This document shows positions 26,366 through 40,429 of a stretch of DNA of 64,000 nucleotides, one piece after another (the first letter of the stretch is position 1; every line of letters begins with the position of its first letter). The stretch lies in assembly GCA_951406725.2 (NCBI GenBank), contig OX597826.1, forward strand, positions 14,384,001 through 14,448,000. Direction: 5' to 3'. The notes beneath the pieces are model-generated. The model was not told the origin of the DNA, did no database searches, and saw nothing but the letters and a program-made list of their open reading frames with translations. The translations under genes were made by a program, and so were the position numbers. Origin of the DNA: Octopus vulgaris. Taxonomy: Eukaryota.

Positions 26366-26411
26366 AATACCTGATGAAGGCTAGAGGGTACGTCAGCTGA
26401 AATGTTGTGTT
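26366..26411 (+). ncRNA. Minimal type I hammerhead motif
   Basis: AATAC-CTGATGA-A-GGCT...AGCT-GAAA-TG-TT^GTGTT. Confidence 0.65.
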
Positions 26412-26659
26412 AGTAACAAACAATTGTTACTAATTGTAAATAATGTACATTGTTCCTCATCTCTTAAATATAGAACTGAACATGAAATTAGTTACCGATA
26501 GTAAGGATTCAAATAATATAGCCCCGAAAAGGGCTTTAATGTGTTCCCAGAGTATATAGAAAATAGAAGGAAATACTAATAAGTGTCAAGTTTCATCAAA
26601 ATTGATAAAACTATGTAGGAGTTAGGTAACAATTCCACAAACACACCCACAGTTATCCC

Positions 26660-28045
26660 ACACCACGTGGGACTTCTTACCCTAAAACACTACCTTGACC
26701 TTCGACCTAACCACCAAGCTGACGCATGCACACTCCTTCGTCTGGCCGACCTTGTTCTCTCCCTTAATGGCTTCTCGTTCGCGGATGAATTTTGCCAACC
26801 AGTCTCGGGAGTGGCCACGGGAACGAGAATGGGCTCCAAATATGCCAGCCTGTTCGTTGGCTACGTTGAGGCCCAAATATTCTCACGATTTACTGTTCCT
26901 ACTGCCGAACCATACGGACGTTATATTGACGACTGTATCGGTGCGACCTCACTCTCCTGCGAAGAACTAGACTCCTTCATCTCCTTTGTCAAATCTTTCC
27001 ATCCTGTTCTCGAATTCATTCTCCTGCACTATATCCCCTCACAACCTTTTCCAGAGCACGTTCCATGGACCATGCATCTGCTCTATCCCCCGCACCGATC
27101 CCGCCGTCACCCGTCTCCCAAATCTCCTCACCTACCACCCTTCCACCCTACCTCTCCAACGCGGATTGTCCTTGTGCATGGGTCATCTGGTCTCCCGTCT
27201 TCGCTGTGATCAGCAAATAAATTTCTCTCTTCGCTCCTTTGCTCCACATGGGCTCAACTCCCCTCTTCTCTTCCTCTCTTCTCTATTCCTCTCACACCTA
27301 CTTCCTCTCTTCAGTCCCACCCACCTCTTCTCTCCTCTCTTGCTCTGATACCTACATCCTCTCTTCATTCCTACCTACCCTCTTCCTTCTACCCTCTGCC
27401 TTCATCGTCACCCCTCCATTGTTACGACACCCACCCCACACATTCCACTCCCACATACCTCAACACTACCCTCACACCCCACTCTCACCCAACCCACAAC
27501 CCACCCTTACACCCCACCCTTGCAACTCCCACCCTCGTATCCCTCCACCACACCACATCATGCCTCACAGCACCACACCGTGACACCACACCATGCCACA
27601 TCACACCACCCCGGATACACTGGAACTGACCACTTCCCAGCACTCACATCATTATCCACACACCTACACATGCACATACCCAGGCGTCAAGGTCACCAAC
27701 CACTATACACACGCACATACACGCTCTCACATACACACGCACATACAGGCGCTTAGATACCACTCACACGCACCTTCTTTTGGGATCACCACTACTTTAT
27801 TATCTATCCTTCTTCCTAGCTATCCTGTCTTAACCACCTCTGTTCGGCCGTCACTATGATTGACCGCTAGCCACTAAAGCTTTTTTAAATTCTCTATCTG
27901 CTTATTTTCTCGTGTTCCTTTCTGTTGAAGAGCGTAGTCTCGAAACGTAAAAGACATTCTCAGCTTCGCTAGTGTTAAACTAATGCACCTGTTCGTTGTT
28001 TACACACCTGTCTTCGTCTTTTGTTTTTTTGCAAATTCCAACTAT
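26660..28045 (+). mobile_element. Neptune-type PLE, 5' truncated and internally deleted: RT fragment, pyrimidine/CA-rich UTR, terminal repeat with hammerhead (27918-27953)
   Basis: LLRLADLVLSLNGFSF..GVATGTRMGSKYASLFVG..YGRYIDDC..SFHPVLEF; CTTT-CTGTTGA-A-GAG..CTC-GAAA-CG-TA^AAAG; ends in (TA)n. Confidence 0.85.
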
Positions 28046-28227
28046 ATATATATATATAAAATAAGAAAATGGAGGAATACACCTTAATCAATAATCAACT
28101 ACCAGATAATACCCATTCACATAATTTATTAACCAACAAAATATGAACATCAAGGTCAAACATAATATTACAGAACAAAACAGTGCACGTCAATCAGTAA
28201 TATGATACAATAAGTACAATATGTATA

Positions 28228-28264
<37 letters not shown>

Positions 28265-28271
<7 letters not shown>

Positions 28272-28525
28272 CTTGACGCAATATATCATAAACTAAATAT
28301 TTTATCGTCACGAATGGTCCAATGCATCTATATTGCAAGAAATAAGATTTGTAAACTTATAATACTGTAAGGAGCGCGCAGTACATAAACATTGACAACG
28401 TAGATAACCACCACATGACCGTCTGTATGGTCTCTAGACTACATTAGTTTCGCTCATCGGTTGTAGCGTCGTCAGTAGTGATTACTCAAATGCGCGATGG
28501 TTTGGCTAAGTCCGGCTGTCAGTAT
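28265..28525 (-). mobile_element. Short PLE-type repeat with degenerate hammerhead (28438-28479)
   Basis: Minus strand ACTA-CTGACGA-CGCT..AGC-GAAA-CTAATG-TAGT (NUH triplet lost); homolog at ~31495-31690; flanked by (TA)n. Confidence 0.55.
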
Positions 28526-28599
28526 ATATATATATTTACTTTAAACCTTTATTGACTGATTTAGGGAAAGGCTAATGTGTATATGAAAAATTTATATGA

Positions 28600-29430
28600 A
28601 CAGCTAAGTGCAATGTAATATCATAAAAGAAAAGTTTCATCGGCACTAATTGTGATTAAGATTGCCATTGCAAAAGATCTCAATGTTTCAGAATGTACAA
28701 TGACAAAAATTGTGCATTAAGACATTAAGTAGAAGTCGTATGTGATGCAGTGGACTCAGCTTGTCAGCTGTGACAAGGGAGAATCGTTCGATACAGCCAT
28801 AGCGTTTGCTAAACAACTAGTGGGAATAATTTGGTTTAGAATAATTGCTTGTAATAATTTGGTTTAGAATAACTTCGATCGTGACCAAAAAGGAAACATA
28901 AGGGAAGATAGATGGCGGTGCAGATTATGAATGAATTCCGAACAGTCATACTAAGTTCCGAGCAACAGTGATAGTTCTGGGAGTCATCGGCAACGAGGAA
29001 TATATCGTGCCACCTCACTTTTTTCACAGGGCTTTAGTGTAAATGGTGCTGTTTACACAGACTAGAAAGTTGCCAAAACCCGAAATTCTGTACTTCTTCC
29101 AAGAAAACTCTGTGTCGTCTCAGAATGGTAGGCTACCTAATTGTGGAAACGTACCAATCTCTATTATCTAGTTCTCCCACACATATAATCTTCTAAGCTA
29201 CCAGCCCTGAATCCAGTGAACTATTGTGTGGGGGGCACAAGCGAGGGAGGGGCCAGTCAACACACTCCTAAGTCCGTCAAAACCAGGACTTCAAAATTCG
29301 AAAAGATCACCTGTTTGGAATATGCCAATGCTTTCGAGCACGTTTTCAAGCAACTATTTATACTAAAGGTGGATTCATTGAATAGAGTTGATGAAAGCAT
29401 TTTTAAGACTATTCGTATCTGTTTGTTTTC
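28600..29430 (+). pseudogene. Highly decayed mariner DD37D-like transposase
   Basis: IAKDLNVSECTM..KSYVM; VLGVIGNEEYIVPPHF; FQENS; LNPVNYCVGG. Confidence 0.65.
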
Positions 29431-29504
29431 AAATATAGCTCTTTTTGATGAGCAATGGGTCATTTTCAAAAGTCTACAAATACCCTTAAAAAACTGATGC
29501 TGAT

Positions 29505-29700
<196 letters not shown>

Positions 29701-29843
29701 ATATATCTATTAGATCCGGTGTAAAGAAATAGTATCGCTACATATATCAGCCACCAGAATACCGACACAACGAAACTGAAAATATTGTCTAGCTTGGTCA
29801 AATTCGTTATATATATATATGTGTGTGCGCGTGTGTGTGTGTG

Positions 29844-29998
<155 letters not shown>

Positions 29999-30005
29999 CA
30001 CATAA

Positions 30006-30340
30006 GGCGCATGGCTCAGTGGTTAGAGCGTCGAGCTTACGATCGTGAGGTTGTGAGCTCGAATCCAGGACCGGGCTGCATGTTGTGTTCTTGAGCAAGG
30101 CACTTTATTTCATGTTGCTCCAGTTCACTCAGCTGTAGAAATGAGTTGCGACGTCACTGGTGCCAAGCTGTATCGACCTTTGTCTTTCCCTTCGATAACA
30201 CTGGTGGTGTGGAGAGGGGAGGCTGGTATGCATGGGCGACTGCTAGCCTTCCATAAACAACCTTGCCCGGACTTGTGTCTAGGAGGGTAACTTTCTAGGT
30301 GCAATCCCATGGTCATTCATGACCAAAGGGGGTCTTTACC

Positions 30341-30344
<4 letters not shown>
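30006..30344 (+). mobile_element. tRNA-derived SINE family B (CORE-like)
   Basis: ggcgcatggctcagtggttagagcg head; near-identical copies at 44247-44580 and 58015-58350. Confidence 0.9.
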
Positions 30345-30403
<59 letters not shown>

Positions 30404-30408
30404 CATAC

Positions 30409-30439
<31 letters not shown>

Positions 30440-30440
30440 A

Positions 30441-31255
30441 AACGAATTTGACCAAGCTAGACAATATTTTCAGTTTCGTTGTGTCGGTATTCTGGTGGCT
30501 GATATATGTAGCGACACCATTTCTTTACATCGGATCTAATAGACTGTAGGTTGCGCAAGATGTTGGCACTTGTTATGCAATTAGTTTTCATTCTATAACA
30601 ATTACCAAGTGAGGTCAGTTAGACCCCAGGTAGATTGCCTTGGGTTACCTGTAATTAAAATATTGAAATCCATGAAGTTTTTTTTTTATATAATTTATGT
30701 TTGTTTGCTCATTTGCAGCAGCTTATTTATGTATTGTTTCTCACAGAAACACCAGTTGGCAATTACGAGCTACATGTGGTCTTATTAGTTTAGTGTCTTG
30801 TGATATGTTTCCATGGTGTGAATGTATGGACCACAGCATTTGAAAAGTAGGATCAACTTAACTAACAGCTATCTGATTTCTGAAATTACAGATTGTTATA
30901 TGGAGTGGGGGCTCTGTGTGTGTTTGTTGTACCTATTCGCATCAGCTGGAGTGTTTAACAACTGTTCTGTATTATATTATCATCGATAGCTAAGCTTGAG
31001 GCAATATGAATTCAGGAGTTTCTGATATATGTGGTTTCTGAGGGGGTGGTTCTGATTAGCGTTAGAAAGTTCTTCGCTGTAATAGCGGAAACTTGTACAT
31101 CGAATGCAGGAAGGAACCAGATAGCTCCAACCTCGCATTGGGTACGAGAAGATCATTCCTATACATTATACACATATCCCTGAAGATTCTACTCCTCAGT
31201 GCTTCATTACGGTGCGCTGAGAGATTAGTTGTTCTTCATCTTTGTTTACCTTTCT
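30441..31255 (-). mobile_element. Second copy of the ~800-bp non-coding repeat
   Basis: Homologous to 22125-22975. Confidence 0.6.
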
Positions 31256-31264
31256 GCACGGCTA

Positions 31265-31329
<65 letters not shown>

Positions 31330-31899
31330 AGTTCAGAAAAATTTAGACTCAAATGAATTTGGTACTTAAGTTAGATGCACCAGAATTTTGTATGGTGTTA
31401 TCCAAAAAATGATGTAGCGTGAAACGATCATACCAAATTACCGAAGTTATTCTTGTTGCTTATTTTGATTATATATATATATACATATATATTTAAACAG
31501 CCGGATGCAATATAGTATCATGAAGGAGATATTTTATTGTCACTAATTGTGACTGAGGATGGCGAAGCGCCTATATTGCAAGAGATAAGAATTCAAAACT
31601 CATAATGCTGTAAGGGGAGTATAATACATATATATTGACAGGGGAGATAACTGCCGTGTGAGCGTCTCTAGTATCACAAGACTAGAAAAAAAAAACAACA
31701 CTTGTTAAATACTGACACCCAAGGTTTCTGGTCGAAACATTAAGTTTGCCTTTAATTTTCAAGCCGAGAACAAGACCGTTGGTCATTTTTTTTTAAGAAG
31801 GTAGAGAGATAAATTAATGTTTGGATCAAGAAACCTGACGTGGCTCTATTTTACAATATTTGTAGTTTTTATTAAAACATTATGCATGAATGTCATTAT

Positions 31900-32400
31900 T
31901 CAGTTTGATTTCAAGATTTCTTGCCAATAGAGAATGACCGGTTTCTAACCCAGATCCAAGGCTATTTCATTGGAATTTCAAAATCAACAGCAGGGTATTT
32001 TTTATGTATGTATGTATGCGTGCAGATTAGCATGTTTTGTTTTATGTATATCTTCTCAATTATATACTTGCATGCCTAGACGTGCTAATATATACTTAAA
32101 GGATAAACTTTTGGAAAATTTTACAAAATTTTACAGTTTTATTGATGGCTTGGATCTGTAGTTTTCCAATCACCATTCTCTTTTTTGATTTCGAGAAGCT
32201 TAATTTCTCAATATTGGTATTTAGGCAGTGGGTCATATATCCCAGTAGACCAATAATTATAGGTATAAACCTTAATTTCTAATGTAGATAGAGTAACTGC
32301 AGTTTTCTCAAAAGATTAGCGTAGGTATTCTCTTTTTCACTGATCTTCAGCTTCATATTAACATCCGCTGAGAAGGAACCAGATATCTCCAACCTAGACA
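31900..32400 (-). mobile_element. Non-coding PLE-type repeat (homolog of ~4590-4955)
   Basis: Shares gatccaagc..., aaaataccctg(c/t)tg, ggatct(a/g)ggtt.gaaaccgg with 4730-4955. Confidence 0.55.
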
Positions 32401-32699
32401 TTGATAGATAGATAGGTGCAGGAGTGGCTGTGTGGTAAGTAGCTTGCTAACCAACCACATGGCTCCGGGTTCAGTCCAGTAGACCAATAATTATAGGTAT
32501 AAACCTTAATTTCTAATGTAGATAGAGTAACTGCAGTTTTCTCAAAAGATTAGCGTAGGTATTCTCTTTTTCACTGATCTTCAGCTTCATATTAACGTCC
32601 GCTGAGAAGCTGATTACCCCAACTGTACAGAATTTCTTTTCCCAAATCATTATATCAAATCTATTGTGTTTATATTTTATTGAGATTTTCATTGGGACG

Positions 32700-33900
32700 G
32701 TGAAGCAGTGTGTAATTTTGTTATTGCTGTTTCCTTGTGAACCAATGAGATATCCTTCAGACTTTCTTAACAGGAATGACAAGGGGTTTATAAACAATAT
32801 AAACAACATCACTGAGGAACTGTTCCCTTGAAATATGCCTCTGCGATACTGTATTCTATACAGTTTCTCTTTGTGTTAAATTTCAAGATAGTGGCTCATT
32901 ATGAAGTCAGGACAGCTATGACTTTAACTACGCTCACGGGAAATTCAGCAAGTTGAAGGGCTTCTAGCATCCATGAGTGGGGAACAGAGTTAAAGGTTTT
33001 CTTGCTACATTGAAACTAGGTTCCTTCCATGCTCGGCAACTCTGACATTACAGTTTCGTTGATTAACAATTGCTCGGCACATCACCAGACTCCTTTCTTC
33101 CCAGCTGCTTGTTCTGCTGTGATGATGTTATTGGTTTCGCAATGGCCTTAGAGGAAGAGATTTATACATGCTGCATATATCGCATACATTCAGTTCTGGC
33201 ATACAACTGGCGGGCCGTTTTTTGCATACAGTTCTGCATTTGTTGATCAGTTTTGTCTCTATGTAGTATGCTACCTTTCCCATTGAAAACTTGCTGGTAC
33301 AGGTTCATAAGTTATGGTCGGTAGAATGTTATCTTCTTGTACCAATATCCAACAATCAAGTCTCTTCCAGGTACTTTTCGACCCTGAAGTTTCTGGATCC
33401 CAGTTACAAGGGTATTACCATCAATGCTGTATGTCTTGGGTGTAATGTAGGGACAATATTTTCTTCATATTTCTTCTAACCACAGAGCATTTTGGTTAAA
33501 CTCCATCTCTTCACTCCAGATTTTCCTCCAGAAGGAGACTATGTCTTCTCGTGAAGGCGCAACTGTGATGTTCACTGCTTCTCCTCTCTTGTGTCTGAAT
33601 ACTGCTGCCTGGTTCCGGTTAAATTTTTGTTTACTATTTTTCTCTTTGTTATTCTCTTCTGGTGTCGGAGTCTCTCACTGACAGCTTTTAGCTCCTACCT
33701 GAGGATGATCAGTTTGCAAGTCAGTTCCTCTTGTAAATATCTCCAAATATCATTTCTCTCTCTGTACTTTTTGTTGGTGGGACGTATAGTGATTTGCTTG
33801 TTTGCACGTAATAAGCATCGTCACATATCTGATAGTCTTCCGTAAACAAATCAGTTATCTTTTTCTCTACCATCAAAACCCACGATGGTACTTTCTTTGT
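32700..33900 (-). pseudogene. R4/Dong-clade non-LTR RT remnant
   Basis: FWRKIWSEE..NALWLE..KVPGRDLIVGYWYKK..IITAEQAAGKKG..EQLLIN..FNSVPHSWM..RGIFQGNSSSVMLFILFINPLS. Confidence 0.8.
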
Positions 33901-35039
33901 TGATTAAATTTTGTTCCCGTTTTGAATATTGTTCATGCACTGCTTCACAGTCGCAGACAGGGCATACAGCCAGGCGTTAATCTGCTTTAAATACTCCTGT
34001 CTAATTTCCTTAATAGCTTTAAATACCGTAACTAATGGGTTTTTTTAATACTTACTTTGATAAGTAAAAACCGACAACATTTCACCAATATATAATCCTG
34101 ACTACTACTACTGTTATTTACCATAGTCGTAGAAGGGATATAGTGGTCAAATACTTTAACCAGTTATGTAGTTTGGCTGGCAAGCAGTATAGGATCTGTT
34201 AGCATGTTGTTAACTGCGAAACCACGTCATGTTCTCACATCATTCACGTTTTCGTTTATAGTGTTGGGAAGAAGGTTAATTTCAGATTTTTTTTTTATTA
34301 ATAAAGTTAGTCACTAACCTTATTCCCATGTTCCACAAATCTTGCTTTTCGGCATAATTGCTTCGCAGTAAAATGATTTAATTCTAAATGCAGATCGACC
34401 CAATACGATTCCAATCGATTCATATAACCAGCAGCGGGGTTTTGTTTCGGTTTTATGAGCAGTGAAATAAATCAGAGTTCAATTCTTAACTCCAAGAAAA
34501 ATGAGTGTATGTATGTATGTATGTATGTATGTATGTATGTATGTATATAATTCCAGCTGTAAGCAAACCGTCGTTTATCCTTCTATTTATTATTGGACGG
34601 AGATTTGTGTCATATACTTAGCAAGTCGAGCGTTACCTCATCAGAGCTCTTTTCTTGGCTTGTCATGTGAAAAAAAAAATGCATTTGTGCACCAAACTCT
34701 ACGTAACATAAAAGGGAATCAAACGTTTTATTGAATATCATTTGGAAAACCCATAATTGTTTGTCTGCCACGAACTATAAATTAAATATCTGATCTAATC
34801 TACGTTATTGTCACCTTTTACACATAGCGATCGGCAAAAACAAATCTAATTTCACCTGGCCTAAGAGGTTAAGAATCGAGCGCCGTTCATATGGAAACTG
34901 CTGACAATTCGGTTTGCTAGTAGGCCTGTACATAGTATACTGTAATACAACGTAAAAAATAGGGGTTTCGGATTTAGACACAAAACCATCTCTTTTTTTT
35001 TTTCCAGTGTGGTGGTGTGGCGAATTTGATTACATCAAC

Positions 35040-35180
35040 TCCAGTGTCCAACTTGTACTTATTTTATCGATCTCGAAAGAATTAACGGTAAGGTCGACCT
35101 CGGCGGAATTTGAACTCAGGACATAGAGGTGGACGAAACACCGCAAAACATTTTGCCCTGCGCGCTAACGATTCTGTCGG
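35040..35180 (-). mobile_element. SINE family A fragment
   Basis: ggtcgacctcggcggaatttgaactcag core. Confidence 0.75.
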
Positions 35181-35460
35181 ATCGAAGCTTTTATAACGTG
35201 ATACATAATAAGGATCAATACTTACGTATACACGCAAACATAGAAAATATTTCTTTGGCATAGGGACACCTGCATGCGCGCACACACACACACACATACG
35301 TACGCATACTCTCATGTAAACAGGTGTACACACAGATACATACGTATGCACATGCACGCACGCAATAACACAAACACACGCATACGCTCATGTACACACA
35401 CGTGTACACAAAAATATATTCATACACGTACTAGCGCGCACCCTTACGCACAAGCATGCG

Positions 35461-36113
35461 GGTACTATTAGCGAACAGTGGTCCCGGGTCGCGCACACGC
35501 GCAGTCGCGAATCCGCGCTAGATAGTCGTAAGTAGTCGATCCAACAACGACTTGCGCGTATGCAAATGAATAGATTCGCGCATGCGTGATACATGTTTGT
35601 ATCGCACATGAAGCGTATTCGTTTCTGAAGGAGAAGAAAGTTTTGAATAATGTTACTCCCAGATGTTTACATTGCCAGAAAGGGACATTTACAAGCAATT
35701 ATCTTGTACATAACCCATAGCAAATTGGTGGACTTGGGCACTTCGTAGAAATAGATGAATCTATGATGTGCAAACGAAAATACAACAGAGGTATAATGCC
35801 ACAGGAGAGGTGGGTTTTTTGAGGATGGGATAGAGAAGACAAGAAAGGGTTTCTAGTCTTCGTACCAGGCCGTTCCCCTGAAACTCGCGTGTAGTCATTA
35901 TTTACTGTTCGCTTGTAGTCAATATTTACTTTGTTCGAAAAATATTATTTAATTTGTATAAAAAAATATTATTTAATTTGTGTATCGCGCATGCGCGAAT
36001 CTATTCATTTGCATACGCTCAAGTCGTTGTAGGATCGACTACTTACGACTATCTAGCGCGGATCCGCAACTGCGCGTGTGCGCGCACCGGGACCACTGTT
36101 CGCTAGTAGAACC
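35461..36113 (+). mobile_element. Internally deleted Merlin (IS1595/ISXO2-like) DNA transposon
   Basis: ~135-bp TIRs starting GG; exact 8-bp TSD agcatgcg (35453-35460, 36114-36121); 35721-35888 encodes IGGLGHFVEIDESMMCKRKYNRG..RWVF*GWDRE..KGFLVFVPGRS. Confidence 0.92.
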
Positions 36114-38739
36114 AGCATGCGTTTGTGTATGTGTGATAACGGTATGCATGAATTTGTTAAGTGTGTATATAAATAAATACGATCGGATTAGGGGCAACAA
36201 ATAAGGTCCTCTCTACTGAAAGCCCTCACATCATACGCAAACCTCCTTTCGACCTCTGCGAAATATGTTCAAGGAAGTGTTATTGCTTTACATATGTACG
36301 CATCTGTAGGCGAACATATCTATATAAGTGCCATCTCAGAAGGGGCAGTCATGTGTGTGTGTGTGTGTGTGTAGCACGCGCGCGTGTCTGCGTGTGTGCA
36401 CGTGTGGCACGCGCGCGTGTTTGTGTGAGTGATCATGTTGTCATACGAAAGTCAACGAAATGAGCGATATAAGTGAGATTTGGCTGCTATTTTTAGTCAA
36501 TCGGAAGACCACTTAAGCGGAATGACTCTGGATCGACGCGCTTTAGGATTTTTTTTTTTTGTTGCATCTATGTATAATTTGCGTGTATGTGTGTGTGTGT
36601 GCGTGTGTACCTGTTAATGTATATGTGATAGAAGTGTGTGTGTGGATGCATGCGCTCGCGTGTATTTGTGTAATTGATTTATTTGAGCGCGTATCTCGTA
36701 TAATCACTTTCTTATCGCTTCAGTATTATGAATACATGAATATATTAATCTCTTGTGTAAACAAGGAAGTGAATTTATGCGTAAAGCTGTGTGAGTGTCT
36801 ACGTCCGAGCACCAGCGCGTGAATTGTAAACCAGCCAAAAAGATATGCAGAAGCAACAAGTGCGCGCTCTTGACAGAAAATGCAACGAGTAGGAGGCAGA
36901 GTGTGGAAGAATAGGAGGAGGAGGTTGGTCAGTTTGAAGAGAGGAGGAAATAGAATGTAAGTGAGTATCGACGGAGACTGATCGAGAAAAGAAAGTAAGA
37001 AGAAATAGTTTAAGTTTAATGATAAGAAAGTGTGTGTGTGGGGGGGGGGGGGCTAAAAGTGGAAAATTCCCGTTTGGAAAGAATGTTAAACAGGAAGATG
37101 AGGATAAACGAAAGTTCCTGGTAAAGGGAAAATAAATGAAATCTATAAATAAGAGAAATTGAAAATTAGTATGTAAAGAGACAGGGATAATGAAGTTGAG
37201 AAATCTTGAAGACGAAGATGAATAAAAAAAAAAAGGAAGTACGGAGATGGATGCGGTTTTGAGACAAAAACATTCAGTAATTTGTTAATACATTTTATTG
37301 AATGTTTAAATGCTGAACTTAACTTTCGAAAATCTCCAATTGAAGAAACCTCAGTAGAGATCCAGCCATCCCCTTCTCATCTTCTATCTAATCCAGTCGC
37401 TCTCAGCCAGAGTTCATCTAAGATAATTTTGGTGTCCACGTAAGCAAAATAGTAAATAAGAAATCTGCAATAGTATATTAAGGGTCCTTGAAGAAAAAAA
37501 TTCGATTTTGTTGTATTTATTGCGACAACTCGATTTCTGTCCCGAACTTTTTACATACTTCAATCGGCACAAGTTAATGTGTGGAAAACAAAATAGGAAT
37601 TTTGAAAGAAGTATCCATAAAACTAGTTTTAAACATCGAAAGGCTATGAGGGGCCACCAGAATAAAATAGTAATGAAAGGGGTCATAGATAAATAATGAT
37701 TGAGAAACAGTGATTTAGATATAGAGTAAGGAAGATTACAATGTTCATTTCCCCACCCATCCTAAAATTTAGTCACGTGAATGTGATTTTAGGAAAGTTG
37801 TAATAATATTGATCTTCTGGATGGCCATTTGTTTGGACTCTATGTGTGGGCCCTCTGCGATCCACAATAAATTCTTGCCTAGTCGTATATTTGTTTGTTT
37901 GTTTGTTTCTTTCTTTCTTTATTTATTTATTGATTCTAGTGTCTTTCCGTTATGAATGAAGTAGTAAGCATCTACGGCTGCATCTTCAACAGACCGATAT
38001 TTCTCTAAGTGGGTTCTGAGGAACTCAAAATTCGAAGAAAAATTTTGGGGTTTGATGTATTAAAGATTATTTTGTGAAAATATTAAAGCTGTACTCACCA
38101 TTAAAAAACGAAAATATTATTTCATTTCTTTTCTTTTTAGAAATAATTTTTCTCGCTTTGAAAGAATTTTTCTCTCATTCACAGCCTTATTAGCATTAAA
38201 ATCAATATATTACAATAAAAAGGAGGCGGTACTTCAGCGTAGGCAAGTAACTTTTGGAAAATCACATTGAGGTCCCGAGACAAAATAAGTTTGGCAACTG
38301 CTGCAACTAAATCGATCGACTATATTCTTGCTTTGAGACATGTGACACTGAGAAGGCATCATCCGAGAAAAATGAAGGGATGAAGTGAAAATAATAAAAG
38401 AATATGAACTGAGGGAAAACCGAAGGACCGACAGAATAGAAGCGGGAGAAATGAGAGGGACGGAGAAGCTGGAAATTATAGAAATATTTTAAATGACAGA
38501 AGGTGTATGGCGAGACGAGCTTTGTTGTAGATCTTGTTGTTGTTGTAGTTGTTTAGTTCCGTTTCAGCCCTGAGATGTTAGATATGATCAGAGTCATTTT
38601 AGCTGTGATTTTTTTTACGTGTATATTTAAGACTGTACGATTTTGCGGGTCATTTCGGTAACAGCTGTTATTTCTAGCATTATAGCGACTTCTCAATCTT
38701 GTTCACTTGCTCACGCGGAGCGTTACAAATGGGTGTTGT

Positions 38740-39400
<661 letters not shown>

Positions 39401-39827
39401 ATCTGCCTATCAATGCCTTTATCTTTTGTGCGAGCGAGTAAATATGATTAAATTTATAAATTTTTAGAGAGACTGAAACAGGAAGAAGAGCAAGAGGGAG
39501 GGGGTGGGGAAGACAGAATGAATAAATGAGTTAACGGAGGCGTGATTAGTGGAGAAGATAAAGACAAACAGAAAATATTAAAACAAGAACGAATAAAACA
39601 TAAGACAACATAAACAAACGCACACACACACAAAGACACACACATGCGCTAAGATGCAAAACTTTAAGTGAGTAGGAATTTAGGTGGAAGAAGGGAGAAG
39701 GAGGAGGAGGATATCGAGATGAAAGAGGTTGGACTCGTGGAAAGAAACAAAAAAGAGATGTGATCACTTATGAAGTCCAGCCCTTTGCGTAGGTACGCTG
39801 TTTGTATGGTTTCGTCTTTCCTATACA

Positions 39828-39879
<52 letters not shown>

Positions 39880-39894
39880 CACATATATATGTAT

Positions 39895-39931
<37 letters not shown>

Positions 39932-39949
39932 CATATATATACATATATG

Positions 39950-40003
<54 letters not shown>

Positions 40004-40106
40004 CATATATATATATACATATATACATACACATACACACACACATATACATATGACAGATATATATTTACAAATATATGTTATACATATATAAATACAT
40101 ACTCAC

Positions 40107-40138
<32 letters not shown>

Positions 40139-40429
40139 GAGTGTGTATGTATGTATAAATAAATAAAATTATGTGTATATGCAAATGTATGTGTGCGAGT
40201 GGCTGTGTGCGTGAGTAAATAAACGTGTGTGAATTTTGGCAGTCAATTCCAGTGACCATCCCTCACTACTTCAATCACGTGTTTAAAACAAAGAAAAAAA
40301 AGTAGAAAAGGAAAAACAAGGAAACCCCCAATTCTCAGTAGCCTGGTTTTCTGAACCTAATTTTTGAGGAGAATTGAGAAAATTTGAAGAAAAAGTTGTA
40401 TTATGAACTTACTGACACGTGGAATGGGA

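Larger units (their letters stand above)
25964..26479 (+). mobile_element. tRNA-headed SINE family E with (AAT)n linker and hammerhead-containing tail
   Basis: A box tggcgtagtggttaag, B box gagttcgatt, (AAT)n, then hammerhead motif at 26366-26411; interrupted by an R4/Dong 3' end. Confidence 0.7.

Noticed and set aside
30006-30080. tRNA gene-like sequences (also 12208, 25964, 44247, 58015)
   Set aside because: SINE heads that continue into SINE bodies; no proper acceptor stem or terminator
34856-34939. Possible minus-strand 84-nt exon (YTMYRPTSKPNCQQFPYERRSILNLLGQ)
   Set aside because: Plausible acceptor but weak donor, no recognisable domain, and phase does not link to the other candidates
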